64,000 nt of DNA from Felis catus. Taxonomy: Eukaryota. The stretch covers positions 137,580,001 through 137,644,000 of the forward strand of contig NC_058368.1 of assembly GCF_018350175.1 (NCBI RefSeq), in the 5' to 3' direction. The position numbers and the translations under genes are program-made. The notes beneath the pieces were generated by a model. That model did no database searches. It was not told the origin of the DNA and worked only from the letters and a program-made list of their open reading frames with translations. Shown here one piece after another: positions 24,681-35,650 of this stretch. How positions within the stretch are numbered: position 1 is the first letter of the stretch; every line of letters begins with the position of its first letter.

Positions 24681-26713
24681 AAAACCCACGAAACTACTCC
24701 CTGTAAAAGACTTCTGGCTGCCCTTGCCTGGATCCCCAGATGCACCCGAGTTTTAGGCTGGGTGAGATGCCGATGATTTGGAAATGTCCTTTGAAAAATT
24801 GTGTTGGGGAGGTGGGTTCGGCTTTGGGGACATTAAACGTAGGTTGGCATTTAAAAAAAGGTTCACTCTTCTGTTAGTGTAAATGTCTTTGTGTCCGTTT
24901 GTGAGTGCATGTATACGAGACAGACTGACTACTCACACGCTCTTTTGGATGAGGGATCAATACATATGGCAGGTGTTTAGTCCACTAGTCCATGGAAAAG
25001 AGCTACAAGTCCAGTTTGAGGCTTCTATTTACTTTACTAGTATTTGGGAATTTGCCTGAAGTCATTTGAAGCCTTGTGACTCGCTTCAGAGTTGAAGGTA
25101 CCAGAAATTCCTGATAGGACTTTGTAACAGAGAATCACCCTTATCACTGGAACCAGCAAAAGAGATTACATGATCTAGATTTCTTTTTCTTCAATTAGTG
25201 CAACCTTGTCTTTAAGTGTTTGTCTCAGCTTATTGCATCTTCATAAATATAGTTTGTCTAGGTCTAAAATGGAAACTTATTTCCCTCCAATATTTCCTTC
25301 TCGCCCCAACTTCCTTCTGGTTTCAGTGCACATTTTCCTGGAAAAGTACTTCCTAGTGTAAGACCAGCTATTTGCTTTCGTTACCTAAATTAGCTGACCC
25401 TCCTCGGGCCTCATTTGGACCTATCAAGATGGCCTTGGCTTTAGAGCCTCAATCTCAATCTCCTTCATATGATCATGGGTACAAATGGCACAAAGCATTT
25501 TAAGTTTTCTTTCCTTGAGCAAGTAAAAACGGTGTTCACGTTTAGGTTGCTTTTTCCGGTGCCTCAACTTGAAGGGTCCTGGTAAAATATTCCACTCATT
25601 AGAGTAAGAAGAGAGAACTAGACGGACGATCAAGTCAACGTAGTAAACGAGGCAACTTTTTCACAACGGCATAGGGTACCCTTCATATAGGATAATGTAA
25701 GCGCGAGGCTTGGTAATCTTGTGGAAGGTACTCTCCCACTTGGTTTCACTGACCTGCTTCTTCCAAAGTCAAGTCCTCTTGCTGTTTAGTGCTCTGTAAC
25801 TGGTGGTTTTATTGCCTGCTTATTTTTAACTGAGCCTACACCTTTTTTGTGGAAGTGAGAGGCACTTTGGAGGAGGGTGAGTGAGAGGCCATCTGCACGC
25901 CTGGGAGGCAAGGCCTCGCCTGACCCGCTGTGCCACACACCCCTGGGTCATCCCAGCCCGGTCAGCCAGGCCGGCGCAGCCCCAGTGCCTGTTTGAGAAC
26001 TCAAGGGACGAAGTTTGACACAGTTCACTTAAAATCCACCAAATCCACTCTGTTCCTGAACTGCCTTCCCATTCCATTGAAACTGCTGACCTTGGGCCTC
26101 CTGGAGATGTGACAGCCTTAGAAAAGGGCTGGGAATGGAAAGTTGCCACAGGTCTAAAACAGGAAATGGAAAGTTAGTTACTGAACGAAAATTTACCGAC
26201 TTAGAAACGTTCGGAGCAGCTGTGATGAAACGTGGGATGTCTGTAAATCAGAAATAATCCCAGTAGTTCTTCCCTCACTCGCCACTGTTTTTTTCTTTTT
26301 TTGTTTTTGTTTTTGCCTGGGGAAGTGAGTTTGTAAGACTCATAACAGGAAAAGCCACGCCCAGTTACGTTTATTGTATGGGTTTTGTTTTTTTAAACAT
26401 ACTCTTAGGTGCATGGTCATTGCATTTCCTCTTCTTGAGTATCTTCATAAAATTACATATTCAAGAGTTTCTGAATGCCGGTGCTTCTGACTCATAAACC
26501 AGCTCATTGTTCCCCAGGGTATCCCTTGCATAAAGTTCTGTTCCTATGATTTCATCCTAGTGTGATTTCTGAAATGGCCAGGGCGGGTCAGGAACACCTG
26601 TGCCCACTTTAATTTGGTGTTTGGTTACATTTTCAGAGCTGTTGAAACCAACCAACCGCTGGAGGGAAGGAAATCCATTCTGCCTGGTTCTGGGGAAGGG
26701 GCCTCTTCTGGCC

Positions 26714-27353
26714 ATGTCTCCTGTAGCTGCTGCTGAGCCAGATGGGGTCCAGCCAGACAGGAGTGTCAGCAAGGTCATTTTCTTCCTTTTTGTCTTTGGT
26801 GCCATCCTGTTGTGCGTGGGAGTCCTGCTCTCCATCTTTGGGTTCCAGACATGCCAATACAAAACCTTCCCAGACTGCAGCATGGTGCTGAAGGTCGCTG
26901 GGCCTGCCTGTGCCGCCGTTGGGCTCGGGGCTGTGATCCTGGCCCGCTCCCGGGCACGGCTTCAGCTCCGGGAGGGGCACCTGCGAGGCAGTCAGGCGGA
27001 CCCCGACCGAGCCTTCCTCTGTGGAGAGAGCCGCCAGTTTGCCCAGTGCCTCATCTTTGGGTTTCTGTTCTTGACAAGCGGCATGCTCATCAGCATACTT
27101 GGCATCTGGGTCCCTGGATGTGGCTCCGACTGGGCACAGGAACCCCTGAATGAGACAGACACTGCCGACGTGGAGCCCCAGATCTGTGGATTCCTATCCC
27201 TGCAGATCATGGGACCCTTGATTGTACTCATGGGATTGTGTTTCTTTGTGGTTGCCCATGTTAAGAAGAGAAACAACTTGAATGTGGGCCAGGAGGCCTC
27301 TGAAGCTGAAGACAGACAGATCCAGAACACGGAGCCCGTCCAGGTCACTGTAG
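26714..27353 (+). CDS. TMEM171: TMEM171 coding exon 2 (exon starts at 26637); encodes all four TM helices
   Basis: gccATG Kozak context at 26714; donor GTAG|GTAGGT at 27353/27354. Confidence 0.95.
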
Positions 27354-30300
27354 GTAGGTGGCTGTCATTCCTACGCATGCTCATAGCACAGTGGCTGTAG
27401 CATCAACTGGGCTGCCCTCGGGTCTGGCCCAGAGTCTCTCTTTTTTGTGTCTCTCTCTTACACACATGTGCACGCATACGCACGTGCACAGTCCTGCTGC
27501 TGTGTTAAGCCCTGGAAGAATCCTTGTACACCTCATCTCCTCCCAGCAATTCCTTATTATTTAGCAAAAGCACTGGGACATTAAGTTGTGACCTTGACTG
27601 AGGTCACAGAGCAAATTAAGAGGAAAGTGACAGAAACTGCTAAGGAGAGCCTGGGAACCTTCTGTCACGTTAGAGACCTGCCAAGTGACATGGCACTTTG
27701 TGCCGGCCATGCAGACTCTCATCCCTGGCTATCACTGGCTGGCTGTCCTTGGGAAGTCCTTAACCTCGTCTGGCCTTAGTTTACATATCTATAAAATGAG
27801 CCTTGCATTGCTGAGATTCCTTGCAGCACTAACATTCTAGGATCCTGTCTGTCCCAACATAGAAAACATCTTCTATGTTTTGAGGCAGCTTTCTGCAAGG
27901 TTTCCCACGTCGTTCTTCGTTTGCTGTCATTTGTGGCTTCAGGATGGAGGTGAAGTTTGGAAATAGTGGCACAGATGAAATTGAACTGTGATCGCACCTG
28001 TCACTTCTTTCCCCCCATGGAATGCCCAGCCAGGACTTCTGAGTCCTCTGGGTTCTGCAGAACAGATGGAGGAATAGCTCCCAGAGTCGCCCTCCTACAG
28101 AACATCAGTAGCTTTTGCCTCAGTTTCACACAACCAATGAAAAACCCCACTGCTGTTCAGTTTCGCCAATCGCTCTTTTCTTTTTTCAGTCTCCTGCTTT
28201 GGAAAGGGAAAAGCTCTCAAGCCGTAGCCTTGGCGTCTGCAAGGCTCGGCAAAGAGCATTATGGGACAGGAGCAGAGAAGGAGTGTGGTGCACGTTTCTC
28301 GTGTTCGAGGTGGGGGGGTTCTGGTGGAAGCAGAGGTATTCACAGCAGGGGGTGCCCTGGACTGCCAGCCTCGCATGGCACCGGCCTTGGAGAACAGGGC
28401 ACGTGGGTTTACAGACGCATCTTTGAGCCATGGTTGAAGCTCCCGGCTTACTTATTTGTGTATTTATGTATTTATGGGGGCCACACCAGTATCAGTTATA
28501 TATTAACAACAGCTAACACAGACGCAGGGTTCATCCTGGGACCAAATACCCATCCAAGTGTTCTTCAAGGACCTACTCTACCAAATTCTTTCACACTTAC
28601 AACCACCCAATAAGGCAGCTACTCTTAGTATCTCCAAGTTAGAGATGAAGAAACTGAGGCACAGGGATCTCAAGTAACTTGCCGAGGGCACAGACCAGCA
28701 AGTGGCAGAGCCAGGATCCCAACCCAGGCAGGCGGCCACGCACACACCGTGGCCCCCGCATAGCACTGGTTTCGCCTAGGGTCCTGGGCAGCCGTTACAT
28801 GGCTAAAGGGCTTACCCTATGTTGTAGATGTTCTCAGTCCTTTTGGGGAACACGGTGGGTCTAAGTAAACACACGCGTTTGGTATGCCCTTGGGGTTTAC
28901 TATCGGGGGGATCTTTGGGGCTCAGCCTCCCTCCTGGTGGCTGGACTTGAGGGGCAGCAGAAAGCAGGGCTGCTGGTGCTGGGACACAGTGACTCCTGGG
29001 TGGTCTCATCCTGATGCTGGCTTTTCCGCCTAACCCTTTCAGTACCATCACCCCTGTGAAAGTCTGGCAGCCTAACTCCTTGTTTTTCTCTCCTTTGATA
29101 TTATGGGATAGGGTTTAGGTTTTCCGCAGCCATGCCTTTTGGTGTAATTGCTAAGACTCCAGATAGACACTGTCTGTTGATGCTCAGTTCTGCCTTATGA
29201 AGGATTGGGGTGCTAAGAGGCAGTCCTTGGCCAAGTCCCAGAATTCAGCTGTTCCTGGAATGGAAGCCCCTCCTCCCCAGACACACGAGATATCCCCGTT
29301 GTGGGCACACTCAGTGCCGGGTCCTGGACATACAAGCAGGGCTATGAGCTAGGCCTCCCTTGAGGGATGTCTGCTGTCACCTCCCAGAAGACATCAGGTC
29401 CTGGGGGACACAGTGAAAGGGAAATCCAGGGGGGACGGGGCTGCTTTCAGGGAGAGCAGGTTGCAAGGGTGGGGAGGGCGGGGAGCCTCCCTTGCAGAAA
29501 GACAAGCAGAGGCTTGGACAAGCCCCAGAGACAGCTGGTGGCTTTGAGCACTTCCTTGTTTGCATTGGACAGGTGACCGGCCTGCTCTAGAGGCTTATTC
29601 CCGGGGCCTTTGTTCCACGCTGTGTAATTAAAGTGCACAGTCAGCTTTACTTCCTCTGACCTACCAAGACCTGCGAAAAAAACTACATGAGGATCCCAAG
29701 ATAACCATTATATGTTATCAAGTTTAGCTTAGCGACGTACATTTCAAGCCCTAGGCGCCATGTGCTCGCGGAGGGAGAGAAAGACTTAACATATTTTTGG
29801 CAGGGCTAAGTCCGCTTCGGGGAAGCAGTCGAGGTAATACGGTGGAGAGTGGCCAGCCGGGAGTGTTTCGTCCGACACGTGGATCGGTGCCACTTGCTGG
29901 TGGCCTGGGCTTTAAGCACCTTCGCGGGTGTGTTAGAGCTGAGTCAGTCTGCTGTGTGACCAGCACACAAGAACCCAGCCCGGCTGCCCGTTCTCTGAGG
30001 CAGGTGCAGTTAGATGGCCTGCCGGTCACAGATGTGACAGCCCAGGCCCCCCAGGGCTGGTAACTGGCAAATGGCACCCTGGTAGCGGTAACGAACCTTG
30101 TCCTGACCTAGACGGTCGTCGGGTCTGCTGCCCGTACAAACCGCTTGCCTCCCTGTGGTGAATCAAAGTCCTCTCTCCTGCATGTTGCCTAAGCTGTCAT
30201 TTGGTGCTGCCGGCTTATCAGAGGCTGCCCTCGGACCTCTATTTCGGCAGACCTCTGGTGCTGCCGCAGGGCCAGAATGATCTGGGCAACCCACATGGGA

Positions 30301-32671
30301 TGTTCTGTATTGGATTGGGAGTACAAGGTAGAGTTCGCATCTGGTTTCCACTGTCTCCTCCCCCCAACACGGGATGTGTTCTGGAACGAACAGCAGCAAC
30401 AGAAAGGCAGACACAAAAACCAAAACCGAAAACAGAAAAACAAGCTTAACTGGAGTGTGACTTTCTCTTGGAAAGCTTGGGTGAAAGGGTGAATAAAAGC
30501 TTGTAGAAGGGCGCGCAGCACAGCTTTGGCAGTTGAAAGAGCGGCTGTGGCCTAGCCTGTTGTCATTTGCTCAGAGGCTAACACCGCGTGTAAGGAACAA
30601 GGCGCCTCATCCAACAGCTCAGTGTCGATGACTCACAATTTCAAATTGAGAAGGAGTAAGCTTTTGCAGCAGGAGACAACCCCAGGAAGCGAACGCTCCA
30701 CAGAAACGCTTTAGCTCTGACTTGCTAGGAAATAGTGGCCCACTGTTTGAAAAAAACTGTGGTAAACTATAGATCACATGAAATGTACCATTTTGAGCGT
30801 TTCTAAGTGCACAGAGGCATTACGTACATCCGCGGTGTTTGGAACCATAACCACTACCAAGTTCTAGAAGTTTTTCATCATCAAGAAGAAACTGTCCCCC
30901 GTTAAACATTCATTCCAATTCCCCCTTGTCCCAGCCCCTGGCTACGTCCACCCTAGGTCTCTGTGAATTTGATAGTCCCCCTTTTCAATTCTGGAGTCGG
31001 CATAGGTGTTCTGGCCTTTTACATACATGGGCCAAACGTAACAATAATTTATTTTGCTCTTGCTGATGTGCTTGCATTTCTTTCTCACCTGTTTTCAACG
31101 AAATACTGTCTTTCCTCAGGTGATGCCGTGATAATATTCCCACCTCCCCCACCACCTTACTTTCCTGAATCTTCAGCTTCTGCAGTAACCCGAAGTCCTG
31201 GGGCTCACGGTTTGCTTCCCAATGAAAATCCACCTTCGTATTACAGTATTTTTAACTATGGGTAAGACTTTGCGTTTGCACTTCAAGAGTAAGCATGTTT
31301 AACCTCCTCGGGTCTGTGGCTCAGCTCAGGCCAAATTAGTTTTAAGGCGGCGGTACAGGAATCAACGTTAGAGTGGGAGGATCTTTTCTGCTGACATTGT
31401 ATCAGAATTATTGCCTTAATAGTAACGGTACCTTTCAGGAAACTGTAGGCAGCACATACGTGAAAAATTGTAAAAGTGGTTATGCCGGGTTAATATGAAG
31501 CCTTCTCCAGGTATCTTTATGAGTTCCTAGCATGGGTGAGCCTCCAAATGTTTAACAGTTCATCAGCCAGACTGAGCACTGGGACAGGGCTTGCGAGGCC
31601 CCCTATGTTAGGCTTTGCCGCTTTAGATCATGGGGAGATATGGGGGTCCCCTAGCGACCTCCAACAGGTACACAGGTTTTCAGTACCTCATGGAGGTACT
31701 TGGGTGACTGGCTAAAATCAGCTTGCACCCTGACCTGACCAAGTTTGGCTTCTCTTCTCAATATTCAGTTGTTCCCTGGGCCTCGGAACCTTCTCAGACT
31801 GAATGAAGAGAAATAGAAGATTCACACTCCCCTCCGCCATGCTCCCCATATGCCACAAATTAGGATGCATACCTGGGGTTAAACAACATAAATCTAGGTG
31901 TTTTTCCTTCCTGCAGAAGGATGCAGCTGAAGGTTTTAGAGACATGGCCATGGGATGCAAGTGGTGGTTGGTGCAGTTCATAATGGGGAAAGGCTGGAGG
32001 CGGCCAGACTGTCTGGGAGGCTGACTTTCATGGCCACCGGGATGTCTGGAAACCCCCACTGCTGGGGATGGGTGCTGCCTTACCTGGTCCTTCGTGTTTT
32101 AAGGCCCATGTTCTTGTTGTGCTTCAAACTGGGTGGTGAGCTGGAGATCCAACCAGAGATGGATATAGGAACCGTCCTGCAGGGGTGAAGGGGAGGTTAC
32201 GTTCTGGGCATTTGTAGAATTCTGTTAGTGAATTTTTATATTCTTTACTCCAGTGATGAACCTCCCCAAGCCCTAAATAAATGTCTATTGACGTAAAAAA
32301 CGACAACAACAACTCCTACTTGCTACTACCATGATTTCTGTGTGCCACAGTCTGGCTTTACTTGCATTACCTCATGTAATTCTCATAGGTAGGAGAGTAG
32401 GCACTCTGATCATCCCCATTTTACAGATGAGGATGCCGAGGCTTAGTGAGGTTAAATAACTTGCTCACGATCACACGGCTGGAAAGCGGCGGAGGGGAAA
32501 TTCAGAGGCAGGTCTGCCTGGTAGAACTCACTCCAGTAACGACTATGCTTTCCTGCCTCCCTTCAAGTTTTTGGTTTGATTTAATTTTCTATTTGCCTCA
32601 GTCTGTCTGCCTTATGCTAGCTGTCCCGGAAGACAGAAACAGAGAAGAGTCAGGCAGAGAAGAGTAATAAC

Positions 32672-32711
<40 letters not shown>

Positions 32712-33188
32712 CTCATTTTGGATGGCACCTATACGTTCCTACCTCGTGTCTTCTCAATGTCAAGGAAAACAAAACAGGGTGAAATTCTCTTAATGTTACA
32801 ATCAGCTGTAAGGAAAGTAGGGAGTAGGGAATCGAGATATATCTATAAGAAATACAACATGGAAGAAATTACTCCTGAGACCCTTGCAAATGCTCCTAAA
32901 AGCTTATAATTAAACGTTTGAAAAGAACCTCATGTTTAATGTGTGTCACTATTCTCTCCTTCCTTTCTGTTCTCCTTCCTTCTTTTTAGTAGGACCCCAA
33001 CTCCTGGGGGCCAAGGTGTGGGCTCTGAGAGAGATTGTGAGTCTATATACACCATTTCTGGGTCTCCTTCATCCGCCGGGATCTCGTACACTCCGCATCT
33101 CTCCTCTGAACTGCCTCCCAGATACGAAGAAAAAGAAATCGCGGCAACCACATCCTTATCCCCATCTTCTGAGCCTTCCCGACCGTGA
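26714..33188 (+). CDS. TMEM171: Transmembrane protein 171, spliced CDS join(26714-27353,31120-31261,32990-33188), 326 aa (325 aa with the distal NAGNAG acceptor)
   Basis: Protein MSPVAAAEPDG...IFFLFVFGAILLCVGVLLSIFG...FLCGESRQFAQCLIFGFLFLTSGMLIS...PPPPPPYFPESS...ELPPRYEEKE recognised as TMEM171; exon phases are consistent (640+142+199=981 nt); GT-AG introns. Confidence 0.96.
28500..28725 (-). mobile_element. MIR in TMEM171 intron 2
   Basis: agatgaagaaactgaggcacag...aagtaacttgccgagggcacag MIR core. Confidence 0.75.
30745..30970 (-). mobile_element. Old L1M 3'-end fragment in intron 2
   Basis: tgtggtaaactatagatcacatgaaatgtaccattttgag...ccccttgtcccagcccctggc. Confidence 0.65.
31120..31261 (+). 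CDS. TMEM171: TMEM171 coding exon 3
   Basis: Acceptor tttcctcag|GT and donor GG|GTAAGA; encodes DAVIIFPPPPPPYFPESS...NPPSYYSIFNYG. Confidence 0.95.
32340..32550 (-). mobile_element. MIR in TMEM171 intron 3
   Basis: atccccattttacagatgaggatgccgaggcttagtgaggttaaataacttgctca. Confidence 0.8.
32673..32708 (+). repeat. (TG)n microsatellite in TMEM171 intron 3
   Basis: Direct reading. Confidence 0.9.
32990..33188 (+). CDS. TMEM171: TMEM171 terminal coding exon 4
   Basis: Long polypyrimidine tract, then TAG|TAG|; encodes (R)TPT...ERDCESIYTISG...ELPPRYEEKE...SRP*. Confidence 0.94.
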
Positions 33189-33241
33189 CTCCAGTTCAAT
33201 TGTACATAAAATCAATCACTATTTTATATAATTTGTTTTGT

Positions 33242-33247
33242 AATAAA
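33242..33247 (+). terminator. TMEM171: Polyadenylation signal AATAAA of TMEM171
   Basis: AATAAA about 53 nt after the stop, with a U-rich upstream element and a GT/T-rich downstream stretch. Confidence 0.7.
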
Positions 33248-34155
33248 AAAAAAATACAGTGGCATCGGCTCTGTTCTGATTTCCCTGGCCTTTCAGTATC
33301 AACATCCATAGCGAACGTTCTGCACTAAGCGCTCTGGACCACGGGAGACGCAAAGTGCCCATAAGCTGATTCTCTCATTTAGAACTACTACATTCAAGCT
33401 GGCAGACGAAGAAACAAAGGTTCCAAGAGGCTAATTAAGTGACCCCGGGCCACACTGCTTCTCAGTGGTGAGGTTGGGTTTTGAACCCATCTAGCTGGGT
33501 TCTGAAGGCCAGCCTGTGGCTACCCTGTTTCTGTCAAAGGCTGACCGGAGGCAGCTGTTAATGTTTAGCCTGGCCCATTCTATTTCCAATGTTAACTGCT
33601 TCTGAAGCAGAGAAACTAGATGACTCTCCTAAGTTCTTTATTATTTCTTCCTCTTCTTGCCTTCCCTCTCCCTGTCTTCCTTCTTCCTCCTCCTCCTCTT
33701 CCTCTTTTCTTTCTTCCATTTTGCAAGAAGGTAATTAGGTCGTTTACACGGGGACAGTGACCAGCACCTTGATATCCTGAAGCCTCCTCATTGTGGAATG
33801 ACACCGTCAGAAAAGAGATTTCTTGGGCTACTGTGGTAGCTAGATTCCCGTGGAAGGGCGTGCCTTTCGGTTACAACGTATTGGTGCTAGGCTGCCTGGA
33901 CCACTGGCTTTTATTCTTATAAGGCTACTGATGAACAACAGCTTTTGTACTGTTGGGTGCGAAGGTAAGTATTTCATTCTAGGTATAAACCAGAAATCAC
34001 CACTAAGTATTAGCAGTTCTACCCGGGAGAAAGTGACTTTTGGAACATAAAAATCTGTGGTAACAGCACTGTTGTGACAATGAAATCACACAAAAACGTG
34101 AACTTTTTAAGCCTTTACACAAGCCTAACCCCCATAAAAAATCCATATTACCCAT

Positions 34156-34378
34156 GGGGCGCCTGGGTGGCGCAGTCGGTTAAGCGTCCGACTTCAGCCA
34201 GGTCACGATCTCGCGGTCCATGAGTTCGAGCCCCGCGTCGGGCTCTGTGCTGACGGCTCAGAGCCTGGAGCCTGTTTCAGATTCTGTGTCTCCCTCTCTC
34301 TCTGCCCCTCCCCTGTTCATGCTCTGTCTCCCTCTGTCTCAAAAATAAATAAAAGTTAAAAAAAAAACATAAAAAAAA
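34156..34378 (+). mobile_element. Young felid SINEC_Fc with TSD aaaaaatccatattaccca
   Basis: Near-consensus copy with clear flanking direct repeat. Confidence 0.95.
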
Positions 34379-35059
34379 TCCATATTACCCAGCAGTTACG
34401 TGCCTGAAAGCAGAATTTAAGGGCGTTAATGCTCCAGTAGTTTAACCGAAGTCATGACTGATTCCGTGGGAATTGCCACCACCATAAATCATGGGTACCA
34501 GCAACGATCTATTTTTGAATTGGACGTTTATTGAACTACTCTTAAAATTCCGTGTGTTTTTTTTTCCTGGAAGGTTAATTATTCACATTTTAAAATTAGA
34601 GCCAAGGGTAGATTATAACCACTTCCTTCTGCTGTTATTTGTTTAAAACGATTAAGCTGAAATTTCTAGGTAGACTTCATACTGAACACGTATGAGTTCT
34701 CCTTATATCCAAGACCTTTTAGTGGCTCAAAGCTGGGGTTTGTAACTGGGTATTTTCCCTTTCTATGCTAATATAATTGAAATGCAGTTAGAAATTCTTG
34801 GGTGTAAGTCTGACCTTCTAGTTAGGAAGTCTCTTCTACCTCTGTTGTTCTCGGCAGCATTGAGGAAGGTGGAGAATGAAGAAGACAGAGTATTGAGACA
34901 GGTCCCCGGGGTGAAGATGTTTATTGAAGGACTGACGTCACAGTGGAGCTGGGGCTAATCATTGAGTCACGGAAGATACATCCTTTGCCTATCCAGGTTC
35001 TGGCAAAGGGTGACAGCTTCTGAAAAGCCACCTAGTGGACTGTTACTTGTTTCGTTTTT

Positions 35060-35650
35060 TCCTGCGTATGTATCAACATTGTTTTAAATCGAGGTAAAAT
35101 TCACATAACACGAAACGAACCATTTTTCAGGTGAACAGTTCGGTGGCATTTAGTACATTTACCCGTTGCATAGTCACCTCCTCTATCTCACTCCAAAATA
35201 TTTTTATTACCCCAAAAGGAACCCCACGCAACAGTCACTCCTCGTTGCCTCCCTCCTCCCCAGCCCCCGGCAACCACCGATCTGCTTCTGTCTTGGTAGA
35301 GTTACCTTTTCTAGGTATTTCATGATATTTTTCAGATTCATCCACATCATCGTCCGTATCAGTACGAGCATCTATTGGAGTGCCTGTGTGAATTCTTTTG
35401 GTCACATACCTAGGAACGGAATTGCTGGACCATGCTGACTTAAATGAAAACCTTTTCGCACAGAGGCTAGACCTTTTCTGTTCCCACCAGCAATGTGTGC
35501 GAGTTCCAATTCTTCCACGTCCTCACCCACGCTTGTTATTTTTTGTTATTATTATCACCATCATCATCATCGCCACCCTGGTTAGTATGAAATGGTAACC
35601 CCATTCCGGTTTTCCTTTGAATTTCTCCAGTGACCGATAACATGGAACAT
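35060..35650 (-). mobile_element. Old L1M (L1MB-like) 3' fragment
   Basis: gaggtaaaattcacataaca...cccagcccccggcaaccaccgatctgct...tcccaccagcaatgtgtgcgagttccaatt. Confidence 0.75.

Noticed and set aside
23709..24776. Several long overlapping ORFs (167-275 aa) on both strands
   Set aside because: They coincide with the CpG island; the Arg/Gly/Ala/Pro-rich, stop-poor composition is expected by chance and shows no recognisable domain
26600..27400. 266-aa single-exon ORF as a complete gene
   Set aside because: It is TMEM171 exon 2 plus intronic flanks; the real start is ATG 26714 and the exon splices at 27353
27957..28613. 218-aa ORF in TMEM171 intron 2
   Set aside because: Non-ATG start, ends in a MIR, no homology recognised
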